A stretch of DNA of 64,000 nt, taken from positions 124,001-188,000 of the IMG/VR virus record IMGVR_UViG_3300020147_000065; one strand, 5' to 3'. Made by a program: the position numbers and the translations under genes. This document shows, one piece after another, positions 1-12,415 of this stretch. The notes under the pieces are model-generated. The model was not told the origin of the DNA. It saw only the letters and a list, made by a program, of their open reading frames with translations, and did not search any database. How positions within the stretch are numbered: the first letter of the stretch is position 1; each line of letters opens with the position of its first letter.

Positions 1-2442
1 ATAAATTAATCGTCTTTTACCTGAGTCAAATGTTGGCTCTACAGTAATATTGTAAGTATCCTGATCGAGCACATGAGGGGTAACAACTACAGGCGCATCA
101 GTTTCCTTGTCATAAGTAGGTGCGTCCCAGTTATCGGCTTCTGCTAAAATGTTAATGAAGCCGCGGAAAAGAATTGGTACCGCAGAAACAATTTTTGTTT
201 CCGGGTCTTTCCAGATGGGTGTAAGCATTATTCGGATGTGGTACATCGAATAACCTACTGTCATTTCTTTGATTTTGAATGGATCAGTTAGATTACCACT
301 GTTGAATTCATACCATGTGGTATAGTCGTCAATATCCTTCGGGTCCACCGCACCCGACAAAGCCGCAGGAACAATATCAGCGTAAATTGTTCCCCCCTTA
401 GATTGGATTTGTCCGTAATTCTTTACATGAGCTGTCAAATTAGGATAGCCAGGCAAGTTCGTAATTAAAGAAACGTGAGTTTCCTGTCCGATTACTGAAC
501 CCTCATCCACTTGCTCAAATTTTTCACAACTAAGAATTGACGGGTCTGGTTTGTTGGCTTTTTCTGGATCAACGGTTCCGGTTCCAGTAGCCGGAACCGT
601 TGGTAGGGTAGGTGGTAGAGAAGTACCTCCACCACCTATCTTAAATTTATTCTCAGTTAATACAGGAATATAAATTGTAGCACAGTTTGCACGACATTCA
701 TCGTAAGCAAACGTAAAGCTTCCTCCGGTACCATTTATCTTCACTTGATATGGTGCAGTAGGCGACTTTCCACCACGCAAGATGAATCCATAAGAATCCT
801 TGCTAAGAAGACGAACATTGGTATCCGTATTCATGTATTTGTTTACTTTAGTATTCTTCGAAAGAAACTCTGCGTCTTTGAATACATGAATATCCTTGGT
901 TGATCCTCCATCATTCGAAAACTCAAAGAGAACTACACCAATACCATAGTCAACTATTTTTATGTAGAGCGGCTTATCTACAGCCTGTGTGTTCATTAAA
1001 TAAACACTATCGGTCTGGCTATATATAACTCTCTCAAGTGCGGAAATTCTACGCTTTAAAATCTCATCAAGTCCACGACTAACCTTAATGCGGTGAATTT
1101 CCTTGTTTATCGCATCCAGTTCAGTCTTCATTGCGGCTTTTTCCGCCGGAGTATTCACAGGAGGCTTGCGACCCTTACGTAAATCACGATAGTGCTTACG
1201 TCGAGCATGTTTCTTATCCTGTTGAGTCTTCAATTTATCAATTTCTTCCTGAGCAGCCGCAGTAACTTCATTGATGGAATCCTGCGTGGTTAGCGGAGGG
1301 TTATTCAATGTAAGTTTAATCTTCATGGCTTCTAACGCCATTTCTGCATCCGTTACGTTAGCAAAGTTGTTATATTCTGCTTGCAGGGCCGCGTATATCT
1401 CAGGAGAAAGATACTTCTGTGCATATGTAGTCAGGTATTGCTGAACTTCCTGCGCAGACCTTTTTCTCTTGATTTCAATTTGTTGACCTTTATCCAGAGT
1501 TACGCGTAAAAATTCACCTACGTCGAAGTGAATACGTGAACGCTCCATGTTCTCTACACCGCTTTCCATGAATAACTTCAGGTAGATTGGTTGACCAGCA
1601 TCAAACTTCTTCAAGCAATCAATTTTAAAAGGTGTAAAGGGCTGTGACTCTGTGCGCTCAATAGCGGAAAGGCCAGGAAGTCCAAAAACTTCCTGGTCGC
1701 CTTCTTCAATATCAAGATTATTCTTTAATGAAGCCTTTTGATCACCAAGAGCACCATATGCGGTTAAGTCCGGTGAACCGTTATTCATACTTGCTTTAAC
1801 GGTTGGGTCGCTCATAACTGCCGCTAACTTGGTTTCAAGATCAAGCAACACGGTGTTACCTGGAGAAGTAGGCGGTGTAGTACGAGGAAAGATCGTCTGT
1901 AGTTGAATACCGTTCTTGAAACTTGTGTCTTCCTGAGTACGATGATCATTAATTAAAGTAAGCGCGTTAGATAAGTCCTGGGGACCACCGGCTTCAATAA
2001 GTTCTTCTACTTTAGAAACACCAGAAGATGATGACCAAGTAGAAGGATTTTTAATGATGTTAATCTGTCTTTCGGTGAGCTTTCTCCAATACTCATTCAA
2101 AACTTTGATAGTTATGTTTGTGATATAAGAGCGATATTCATCGAAAGAGTTACCCACCCTGGCTGGCTCAAGAGTAGGACCAAGTGCCGGAGAAATTGTT
2201 GATGTGCCTGAGATGGACTCAATCTGTTCAGCTTCAGCAGACAAGAAGATGTTATTCATTTCGAGCCAATACTTATAGATATTGTTCGACATGAAACCCT
2301 TATCCAACTTTGCCAAGTTGAACGAAGACTCTCCAAGGATACGAAATGTTTGTCCTGGATACTTAGGTTCAGGTATAGCACCTTTTACAATGACGCTATA
2401 ACACTCTTGTATACTTCGATGAGTGCGAATCTTTGAAGACAT
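1..2442 (-). CDS. Large virion/tail-associated protein, partial (runs off the left edge)
   Basis: ATG at 2442 overlaps the TAA of the upstream gene (TAATG coupling); begins MSSKIRTHRSIQECYSVIVKG; appears open to the window edge, which explains its absence from the ORF track; lies downstream of tape measure and tail genes. Confidence 0.7.
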   Translation of the reverse strand, partial: MSSKIRTHRSIQECYSVIVKGAIPEPKYPGQTFRILGESSFNLAKLDKGFMSNNIYKYWLEMNNIFLSAEAEQIESISGTSTISPALGPTLEPARVGNSFDEYRSYITNITIKVLNEYWRKLTERQINIIKNPSTWSSSSGVSKVEELIEAGGPQDLSNALTLINDHRTQEDTSFKNGIQLQTIFPRTTPPTSPGNTVLLDLETKLAAVMSDPTVKASMNNGSPDLTAYGALGDQKASLKNNLDIEEGDQEVFGLPGLSAIERTESQPFTPFKIDCLKKFDAGQPIYLKLFMESGVENMERSRIHFDVGEFLRVTLDKGQQIEIKRKRSAQEVQQYLTTYAQKYLSPEIYAALQAEYNNFANVTDAEMALEAMKIKLTLNNPPLTTQDSINEVTAAAQEEIDKLKTQQDKKHARRKHYRDLRKGRKPPVNTPAEKAAMKTELDAINKEIHRIKVSRGLDEILKRRISALERVIYSQTDSVYLMNTQAVDKPLYIKIVDYGIGVVLFEFSNDGGSTKDIHVFKDAEFLSKNTKVNKYMNTDTNVRLLSKDSYGFILRGGKSPTAPYQVKINGTGGSFTFAYDECRANCATIYIPVLTENKFKIGGGGTSLPPTLPTVPATGTGTVDPEKANKPDPSILSCEKFEQVDEGSVIGQETHVSLITNLPGYPNLTAHVKNYGQIQSKGGTIYADIVPAALSGAVDPKDIDDYTTWYEFNSGNLTDPFKIKEMTVGYSMYHIRIMLTPIWKDPETKIVSAVPILFRGFINILAEADNWDAPTYDKETDAPVVVTPHVLDQDTYNITVEPTFDSGKRRLIY

Positions 2443-4481
2443 TAACCAACCTCTTGTTCTCGCCAGTTCTTACCACCGTCGTATGAAATCAGACGATGGG
2501 CTGGGTTCTCCTGGCCTGTTTGTAAACCGTTTATGATAAGTGTAGCTGTGGCCGATTTCATTGTAACGAGGTCGAAACCATATGTGTTTTCTTTTCTTTT
2601 TTCGGCTACGTGCATTATTGGTCCCTCGTTTTTCTGGATAAACAGGTGCTTACCAGACTCACCGAGGTAGTATCTCGCTCCTTGGTACTTTACGCTATCA
2701 AGAATTTTGATTAACTTATTGCCGTCGAAAATTGATTCTCGGAATACTTCACCGTTAAGGAATTGTTCTTCCCAGTGTTTTCCACCATCATGTGATATGA
2801 ATCGGTGGTTCTGTGCGGCAATCGTCATGTAACCACGACCGGGTGTTTGGTCTTCTTCGATGCGATAGTCGTTATCCTTATCTTTTCTACCCACGGGGTA
2901 AATATAATCCCAGCTATCACGACTTGTCTGATAGAATAACCAGTCACCTTTCTCAGCTAATACCTGTATTTCACCGGTATTCTTACGCGTCACATCAAGC
3001 AGTGCGTAACCTTTTTCTTCATTAAACAAGCTTTTCTGAGCATTATCCTGTTTAATGTAGATATAAGGATCATAGTTTCCCATTCCATCCGAAATGTAAA
3101 CACTGATACCGTTGTTTTCTTGAGTCAACGCATAAATGGGTCCACCCCTTTTACGAACGAGTAGAGCGCCACTTGCACCTTTGATGACTTCCTGATGGCC
3201 GATTTCAGAGGTCATATTTCCGGTGTCGTCGGCTATCCTCTTACCGATTGTGATACTACCGTTTGCGTTAGGTTGCACGAGGTGATGTACACGATTGGGT
3301 GTGCGAACACTGCCAACCACGGTATTACCAAGTTCATAAGAAAACTGCCATTCGGCAGCACGTCCTCTTTGTGTGAAAGCAGTCGAGGAAAAGCCGTCCA
3401 TAATCAATTTAAGTTTAGAACCATTTGGAATTCTAAACTTATAGATTGGACTGTACCACCAGCTACTTACGATACCGCCGTTGTCCGTGAACTCGTTACC
3501 GTTGTTCGGGTCCAGTGACCCGAACTCGGCTCTGTTACCCCAAAGCATTGATTTATAGGTTGGATGATCGGGTGTTAGTTGTCCAGGATTCTTATAATTT
3601 AAAACCGTGTCAAGACCACCAATAGTCATTGTCTGTATTTCACTTCGACAATGGTTGTTATTGAAGATTTGAACGCTGATGGCATCACTATAAGTCACTT
3701 CGCTTCCAGAGACAGCTTTGATGCGATAGAAGTATTCCTGTCCAAATTGCGCGGAAGTGTCCGTAAACAAATAGCGTGTAGTAGAACCGGGCTGCAACTG
3801 CATTCCGCCGGGAGGACCAATATTTGGAGCATTCCAGTTAATCGTAATTTGCCCATCCTGGCTACCATTATCAACTCCTCGGTCAATAAATAATTTAACC
3901 GGAGCAGAAGGATCATTAATGTTCTTTGGTAAGCCATCATAAATAATGTTTACACCCTGTTCAGGGGCACCATAAACGTTACTCTTAGCTATCAGTAATG
4001 GTGGATTAGGAATTTCTACAACATAGTCATCAGGAATACGCTGCACACGCTTGGGTTTATATGCATCAGTTCGATCCTGTCCCTCTGTCCATAAGAAGTC
4101 GTTAAGGCTTGCACCGCCCAAACCACCAAAAATGAAGAACATGGCGTTGATACAAATATAAACGCGCTGCCAGAAGATTGTATTTCCACCTGGGTCTTCG
4201 ATACGATACTCGAATACACCCAATTTATTTTGTAATACGATATTGGGAACACTCATTATAGGCGCGACAGCACTCACGGGAGGTAGCATTCCGGCTCCCT
4301 CCCGTGGATAGGCTTCCCAAAAGATATTTTTCTTTAACTGAAATGCGGTGATGTCTCCACCACCGGTATCAAGCTGATAAACCCATATCTTTCGTGTAAC
4401 AAGAGGAGGACCGAGGTCTAAAACTTCCTCGGCCTCATCTGTTGACTTGAATGGTTTCCAGTTTCCAAAAGGTGCTTGCAT
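2442..4481 (-). CDS. Tail protein with FN3-like and Asp-box/BNR-like motifs
   Basis: 679 aa directly after the tape measure gene; FTDTSAQFGQEYFYRIKAV is FN3-like; two SxDGGxxW Asp-box motifs (SHDGGKHW, SYDGGKNW). Confidence 0.65.
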   Translation of the reverse strand: MQAPFGNWKPFKSTDEAEEVLDLGPPLVTRKIWVYQLDTGGGDITAFQLKKNIFWEAYPREGAGMLPPVSAVAPIMSVPNIVLQNKLGVFEYRIEDPGGNTIFWQRVYICINAMFFIFGGLGGASLNDFLWTEGQDRTDAYKPKRVQRIPDDYVVEIPNPPLLIAKSNVYGAPEQGVNIIYDGLPKNINDPSAPVKLFIDRGVDNGSQDGQITINWNAPNIGPPGGMQLQPGSTTRYLFTDTSAQFGQEYFYRIKAVSGSEVTYSDAISVQIFNNNHCRSEIQTMTIGGLDTVLNYKNPGQLTPDHPTYKSMLWGNRAEFGSLDPNNGNEFTDNGGIVSSWWYSPIYKFRIPNGSKLKLIMDGFSSTAFTQRGRAAEWQFSYELGNTVVGSVRTPNRVHHLVQPNANGSITIGKRIADDTGNMTSEIGHQEVIKGASGALLVRKRGGPIYALTQENNGISVYISDGMGNYDPYIYIKQDNAQKSLFNEEKGYALLDVTRKNTGEIQVLAEKGDWLFYQTSRDSWDYIYPVGRKDKDNDYRIEEDQTPGRGYMTIAAQNHRFISHDGGKHWEEQFLNGEVFRESIFDGNKLIKILDSVKYQGARYYLGESGKHLFIQKNEGPIMHVAEKRKENTYGFDLVTMKSATATLIINGLQTGQENPAHRLISYDGGKNWREQEVG

Positions 4482-7400
4482 TACGTAGCCTTATTTAATT
4501 GGAATCGGTCACGCTTAATGACCTGAACGTTTACAGTATAATCTGAGTCCTGCACGTAGTTGGTTTTAACAGCAGGGGTACCAGCGGCAACCGATGCACC
4601 CTGTATTCTTCCCAAACGCTGCATTGCCTCAGCATCGCCACCAGCTTTGTAGTTACCACGACCAAAGTCGTAAGTATCCGCATGATTCAACCTGTTCATC
4701 AAAGTGTTTGGTAACACATGTGAACCTTGAGGTAACATGACCGCTTCTGGACCACGTTCTCCTACGATAGTTAAACCACCGGCAGCACCGCCTCGTGCTC
4801 TCTTTGGAGTGGCCTCAGCAAGAATTTGTGCTTGTCGAGCTAACAAATCTTTACGACGTGCTCCGCTGAATTTACCAAGCTGTGTATCAGCTAACTCGTT
4901 CAAACGAGCTTCGCTTGAAGCCGAAGCGAGTTGCTTGAGAGCTTCAGGTCCCATTACCGCTGAGTACATGTTTACGAAGTTCTCGTCTTTCAAAGCTTGC
5001 ATACCGGAAGTGTTGATTTTCCAGCGAAGTTGTTCTTTATTCAACTTCTGCAAAGCTTCCATCTGCTCTGACTTCTTAACCTGACCCATAGCCAAGGCAC
5101 CTGTGATTCTATCCACATCTTTTGATGTGTAAGCATCTTCGATTTCTGCGTTGGCAAGAAATTCCTGGATTTTTTCTCCTCTTCTTTCATTTGTAATCAA
5201 ACGACTTTTACGGATTTTATCCATTGCTTCTGCGCGTTTTCTTGCTTTCTCTTCAGGAGTCATGTTGACCTTTGCTTTGAGATCATCTCTCAACGCAATT
5301 AGGTTTTCACGAGCTTCGTCGGTTCGCATTTCTGGAGCGGCAAACGCTCCAAAGCTACGAGTCTTAACTCCTTCTTTATAGTCACCTGTAGCCGCGGCAA
5401 TTTGCTCATCAACAACTGTACCGGCAATTTCTTTACGATAACCTGCGATACTCTTGTCAATGTTCTTGGCACTACCATAGGCATTTCTTGAGAAATAAGA
5501 ACCAAAATATGCACCGGGTAGCGAGAATAGGTTTCCGATGGCACCTACCGCTGTTTCAGCAGCCCACCACAATGGGTTCTTCCATGCTCCATTCTTGAAT
5601 GGATTCTTGGCCCATGTTCCTGCGCGACCATAAGAAGCAAAATTTTCCTGCTTCTGTTTCTCGGCCTGTAGTAATGCAATTGCTTGCATACTTTCTGATA
5701 TTCTACCAATAGGCTTACCGTCTGGTCCAACACCACCCATAGTAGCTTCCCATGCCATAGAATCTCGTTCTGTGACGTTAGCCGCAGAGATAAGACCAAA
5801 TGCAACAGGCGCAGCAACAAGTGATGCGGGTCCTGCTGCGGCAGCAATGCCACCCAAACCAAGCCCACCTAACGCTGCTCCTATCTGAGGTAATGCGGTT
5901 ACAGCAACAGCACCGAGCATTTTATTACCCGCACGTCCGCTTCCAACTCCATAACCAAAACCACTACCTTTGAAAAGGTTTAATGAATCCATACGATCAT
6001 CATACCATGAGTCGGTACCGTAGTTTCCTACTCGGCCCATGCGACGTTCGTGTTCTATTCCTGCTTGTTCAACGTCGAGAGTGTCTTTCATTGATAGACC
6101 GGCACCAAGTACCTGACCGGCAGGACCAAGAGCATTGAATATTTTTCCACCGGTACCGCCACCTGCTCGAAGCAGTGTCGCACCGACACCTTCAGTAGCA
6201 AGTCTGCCTGAAGCAAAGTTTCTACCCCACTGTGAACGTGATAATAGGGACGATACTGTACCACCATCCTTTAATGGTGGTACAGCCATTGTTATAGTAG
6301 CTGCTGTAGTAGCACCATCAACAAGTCTGGCTTGATTACGGTATCTTTCGATAATCTCTCTTTCAGCTTTAGCTCTCTGTTGATCGTTTAATCCGGCATC
6401 AAGAGCTTCCATCTCCCTGGCTTGCGCCTGTTGTAGGTAGATGTGAGCGGCCATTTGAAGAGTACCAACGTTACCATAGGCTGCCCATGCACGACTACGG
6501 AATGCACCAACACCACTTCTTGGAGTACCATCTGCTTTTAGACCCAACGCAAGGAAGTCGTTAGCTGTCATTTGTTGATCACCTAACGCGAAATCCCATG
6601 CTCTTTGTCCAAAGCCGCCGACACCTCTTGTGTTGAAACCACCTTGTAGTCCCGCAACACCGGCACCCTGTTGTGCGACGAAGTCCTGGATGGCAAGACG
6701 ATGGTCACGATAACCGCCATCTTCATAGAATCGCTTGTATGCAGCCGACTTTGATACATCACGAGCACCCGAAGAATCTTGTGTTATTCCTTCGAACATA
6801 CTTAGGAAGTCTGCGATAGAGCGACCACCAAAGATGGCTGTGGTGTTACCAACGAGTCCGCGAAGGCGTCGCATACGATATTCGCCGCGCTCGTTTGCTG
6901 ATGCTCCCTCTGATATGTCTAATCGTGTAGAAGCACCAGTCTTACCCTTTTCGTAGTTATCAGGATCAATTAAATTGTTTAATCTGTTACGTAAATTGGT
7001 TGCGTCACCACCACGGGTCTCGGTACGCACGATACGATCCATAAGATCGTTAATTAATTCTGCGTTTCCTCGTCCGGTGAATCGGTTAACGTCATTGCGA
7101 CCTACCTTGGTGGACTTACCTGTACCGAGTACAGCAGCTTCGTTGGCTTTGATAGCCGCAGCAGCTTCAGTAATAGCGTCAACACCGACACTAGCTGGAT
7201 CAGTGTCAATCCAGTTACCACGAGCGTCTACACCGTCAACAGGCATCCATTCACCCGTGGCCGGCAATCTGCGGAACGATTGTTCCATACCATTAGACAA
7301 ACGAGTACGAACAACATGGTTACCACGATAGCGGATGGCTTTTACACCACCTGCTTCGAGGCCAACCACGGATGGATCAAGAATACCTGATCCAGTATTG

Positions 7401-10400
7401 AACCACTCGTTACCAACAGTTGCGTTTCGGTTGATAGCCTGGCTTACACGGAATGACCTGTCTGCACCAACTAATTCTTCTGATACAAAAGAGAATAGAC
7501 GCTGTTGTTCACTTATTCCTGTTGTGGGATCAACAATACCGGCAAGATCACCGATAGCATCACTGAAGCCGAAACCGGCCAACATAGTTTTTCCGCCACC
7601 AACATCTGTACCGGCGAGAATATTAAAACCAGCGCCTCTATGATTAAAAGATGTGGGATTTCCTGTACCGTCAAGTGTAACACCAAATGACTTACGCATT
7701 GTTTCCATTACGTCGTCAAATGATAGGTATCTGTCAGCCGTAGGATGACTGTGCATAACTGTTTGGTTAGCATTGTAATCCCAACCGGTTAATGGATCAA
7801 TTGAAACACTGGATGCATTTCCTGTGTTTGACGATAGAACACCGCGCCCTGCTTGCCATAACACGGCTTGTTCGTTGCCTGTACCGAGCATGGAAGCCAT
7901 TACATCGGCTGTAGCGGTTGAGTGGAAATCGCCGCCTACGGCCCCAGTAGCCGTAGAAGCGGCCTGAGCAAAGGCGAGACGATTACCATATCTTCCGGTA
8001 AACGAACCAGTTGCGTGAGCACTACGAGCAGCAAGAACTACCTGCGCTCTTTCCATATCCTGATCAATTTGAGTATTACGCTGTAGTGCCTGATCGTGTG
8101 CTCTACGCGCGGCATTGTATTGTCTGGTTATCTCAGGATCATTTTCACCAGCATTTATACGGGCGAACAATTCGTTGCGTCGTTCTTGTAGGATGTCTAA
8201 TTGCGTCTTTCCATCGGGACCACGCAGACGAAGCAGATCGCGCTCAATACGAAGTTCATTGAGGTTATGAGCAGCTTCCTGGGCTTCCAGATGACGCAGT
8301 TGATTAGATTTATCCGCACCCAGTGGTCGGTTTAATACCTCAGATATATCACGTTCTTTACGTAAGCTACTTAGTAGATCAGTATCAGGTGCCTGAACAA
8401 CAGATGAACCCGAAAGGATACTTGCTATATCATGAGTACCAGTAGCATAAGTTCTCGATTGTCCACCAAAGGCATTGAACCCGAAGGTCATGCGTGAAAA
8501 CGCTTCCAATCCTCTCTGTGAGAAGCTGGATGCAAGTGCGGTTGTCTTACCGGTTTGAATATCAGGACTCCACTCACCAAAACGAGCGCGGTAGGGTTCA
8601 CCAAGTCGAGTAACAACCTCATTCCATGCGTTTGAACGACGCAGGAAGTTGCTGCTATACTGATCTTGCATCTGCGTATAAAACGCATCTTGTAATGCTG
8701 TATTTTTTCCAGCTTGACGTTGTGCTGCAATATATTCTGCAATACGTGGTTCACTTTGCCATGCAATTAAAGTATTAGGATCAACTGTGTGAGATACACT
8801 TCTCCCAGTCTCAGCTTGCTGTTGTAAAAACGAATCAAAGGTTATAAAAGAGTCTAACGTTGAGTTACGATTTGGCCCACCCACAAAAAGGTTATGGGCC
8901 TTAACTCTTTGTAATAAATCGGCTCTATCTGAATCAGATATACCTCTTTTTAATTCAGGTGGTAATCTTTCTTCAGGTACTTCAAGTAAAACATTTCCAT
9001 TATTATCAAGAAGCGTTTTACCTCTCTGTACCCTAAATCTAGTATCTCTTTCCGCAGAGTCTTCTCTACCAATAGTTGTGGTATAGTTTTCAGGAGAATC
9101 CCCGAAACCGCTTAGTGAACTACCTGTAACAGCCGAGAAAGGTAATCCATGACCAAAGTAGGTATCATTAACATTCTGGTGAATCATGAAGTTACCTGAC
9201 GCATCAGTGTACTTCAACATAGAGTCGGCCCAAACCTCAAATGATCTTTCACCAAGTACTGCTGGTACTCCACCACCACCACGACGGCGTTCAACTAAGT
9301 TTTCCTTGTTGGCTGCTTGTTGTTTCTTTAGATTTTCTAAAAGAGTTTCTCCACCTACGTCAGAAAGGTCTACCCAATCTTGATTGTAAGCTTTTTCACG
9401 GAAACTATTTAATCTTCTTATTGTTTCTTCATTGTCCGGTGATGCAAGAGCAGATTGTTGTAATTGCTGCGCTAATTCCCGCACGAAAATTAACGGGTTA
9501 GCACCACTTTCTCCGTAATTATAACGACCGGAAATTAACCCTTCAACTCTTGGGTCTATGGGGGCCAATTCAGCAGACAGTTGACTTGTTAAAGGACCAG
9601 CTCCTCCTTCACCTGCAATAGCCTCAGCTAATAACATGTAGTTGCGAACATCTGTTTTAGGTGCTTTTCCTTCAGCTTCAAATTGAGAGAATGCTTCAGT
9701 AAATATACCACCCCATTTACCGGCAATTGTTGATGGGGTTCGAGGAACTGTATTAATTTGTGATACAAGATGATTATAGGTTTTTTCAATATAAGAAGCT
9801 TTAGTTGCTTTATCAACCTTCATCCCTTTTGCTTTTAGGTTTTCGTCAACAAAAGTCTTAGCTTGAGCACGTAATTCCTGTGAACGAGTTAGGGCCTTGG
9901 AAGTTATCTCACGATTTGCTTCCATTTCTGTCTTTTGCGCTCGAATAGCGTTGAGTTGAAGTTCGTCTTTTACTACATTCCAGGCGTCATTACCGGTTAA
10001 TGTAGGATCAGCTTGTACCTTCTCCAACATTTTCTGTATAGGATAAGAATAAAATGCTCCTTGTGCATTCGTCTTTCTATCTAAAATACCGAAAACGTGG
10101 GGATCAACATCCATTCCTAATTCTGCCATTAGGAAGCTTGGAATTCCAGTTAAATCAGCAACAGCTCTTCTTTGCTGTTCTTCGTTGAAACTTTTAAGAT
10201 CAGTTCTAAAACCAACTGTACTCGGATGTTGAATCAAAGCCGTCTGCATTTTTTCATGCACAAGATGTTCAGCAGATAAAGAAGGAACACCTTCAAATCC
10301 ACCAATAAGACCACGCATTATTGCATGACCTTGATTATCAAATTCTGTATTTGCTTTTAATGATGCAATAACTCCGGTTTGTGCATTGGTTCTTGCGGCA

Positions 10401-12410
10401 ACACTATCCTTTTTCTTAGCAGCAGCAATAATACTGCGATGTTCATCAGTTCCAGCTAATTTTTTAGCCGTATCCAGGTCCACACTTGTACGATACATGG
10501 ATTGCATATATCGGTCTTGTAAAACCTTGATACCTTTGGCTGCGTTTTCACCCGTAGATTCTTTAATGTCGGACCACAGTTCACCAACAGGTTTATCAAA
10601 TAGTTCTCTTTCAGACGTAGCATCACCGATGGCTTTATGTGGAATACCGGAATTACCAAAGTTATAAGCATCATTGTCTCTAACACGACCTAAACGCTCA
10701 ACTTTATGCATACGGTGATTAGGAATAACATGAGAGCCTTCCGGTAGAACGACAGCCTCAGGTCCACGCTCACCAACAATGGTAAGACCACCTGATTTAC
10801 CACCCATAGCACGGTTTTCTACTTCGTAAAGAGGCTTTGAACGATCTCTCTGAATGTCCGGCTGACCAGGAGAACGTAATTCTCTAATTCTGATGGGAGG
10901 ACCACCAGTATCATCCGGTGCTTCGATTTGACCGGAAGCAATAGCACGAAGAATAGGACGGTTATCTTCGCCTGGGAATTGTAGACGCTCTTTTTGACGA
11001 CGCTCAATTTCAGCACGAGCAGCCTGACCGAACAAGTCCTTTGTGTCAAGTTCTTGACGAGAGGTGCCGAAACGCTCTTTCATCTCGTCGTTTTCTTTAC
11101 TGGACTGTCCTTTCAAGTATCTACCAAGCATGTAGGTACCAAGAGTAGCAGCACCAACAAGTGGCATAACACGCTTCATCATGAAGCCGCCAAAGCTACC
11201 CTGGAACTGTCCAGACATCAATGAAGCAGTATACATAGCTGTGCTGAAACGCATGATAGGTCCAGCAGCCGCACCGAACATGAGGGCCGTAAACTGGATT
11301 TCGGGGCCTAAGCCACCGAAAGCCTTAACCATCTTGTTGGCGATAGGGATAACGTCTCGGCCCATCTTGATGGCACCGAAGATAACGTCCTGCATAGCAA
11401 TACCAAAGTCAGCAAGTTCTTTGGTATAGGCTGCCATAACCAGACGCCCCTGGTTGGCCGCAGAAGTAGGATACGACTTTAAGAAGTCACCCTGAGCGTT
11501 CTGCGTCTGGTTCATGATTTCACCGAAGGCTGCAAGAACCTTCTGTTGCTTATTTAATTCAGAACCAACTTCAGCAATACCGTTTTTGTATGCGTAGTTC
11601 TTTAGTGTTGTCTGGTCAAGCGACACACCATAAGAGTACAAAGCACGGGTGTTACCGATCATACCTGACGCGAGGTTGGTCATAACCCTTTCTACAGGTA
11701 AGTCATAGTACGAGGACATGTCAATGCCCAACTGTACCATAGCCTTCGACATTTCCAGAGCTTCTCCGCGAGGAATCTTCAAAGCTGTGGCCAGGTTCAT
11801 GAAGATAGCAGCCTGACGACGAACCTCATATTCGTTCATCGAACTGGCTTTACCAAGACGTTCAGAGAAGTCCTGAATATCTTTGTACATGTTACCGAAT
11901 GTACGACCGGCAAGGTTTTCTGATTCTAATACGGCAGAACCGAACTTTACTCCGAAAGCGGCTGCCGCCATTTCCATCGAGGAGAATGCTTCACCGACAA
12001 ACTGTGCTCCAGTGGCAAAAGCCATACTGTTTGTTTGGGCAGTTGTGCCAAGGCGTCCGTACTGTTGACCAACGGTACGGAGCTGGTTCATCATCTGGTT
12101 ATCAGGTGTTATCGTGTGGGCTTTTTATCCCTCACTTCTTATAGTTTCCTATAAGTTCAGCATATATTTTCATCCTAATAGGATGTTCGGCACTCGTGGA
12201 GGGATTATATTCTTGAAAGTTTCACCCTCTATGCGTTACACTGATCTGAACTCTTTAATTTTCAGATTTAGCTCGGTATTCCCATGGTTACCTTTAGGGT
12301 TCACCGATTTTGCCGAATTTTCACCAATAAATTACTTTATTGGGGACCATAACCTTAGTGATTTAGCCACTTAACACAAATCTAGTTGCAAGGATGTCGG
12401 TGATTTGCAA
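4481..12410 (-). CDS. Tape measure protein, spliced (exon 1 12410-12365, exon 2 12102-4481)
   Basis: 2537-aa ORF with TMP-like N-region (MVQLGIDMSSYYDLP...LASGMIGNTRAL) and GG..VGERGPE motifs; removing the intron gives in-frame MQITDILATRFVLSG-Y-NQMMNQLRT from a TTG start preceded by AGAGGT. Confidence 0.88.
12103..12364 (-). ncRNA. Group I self-splicing intron (262 nt, no internal ORF) in the tape measure gene
   Basis: Minus strand shows P3 UUCGGCA/UGCCGAA, P4 UCGGU/ACCGA, R-like UGUAACGCAUAG, S-like AAAAUAUAUGCUG, terminal G, and IGS GGUUAUGGUC pairing both exon ends (GGCU and AUAACC) with a U-G pair at the 5' splice site. Confidence 0.88.
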
Positions 12411-12415
12411 TCTGT

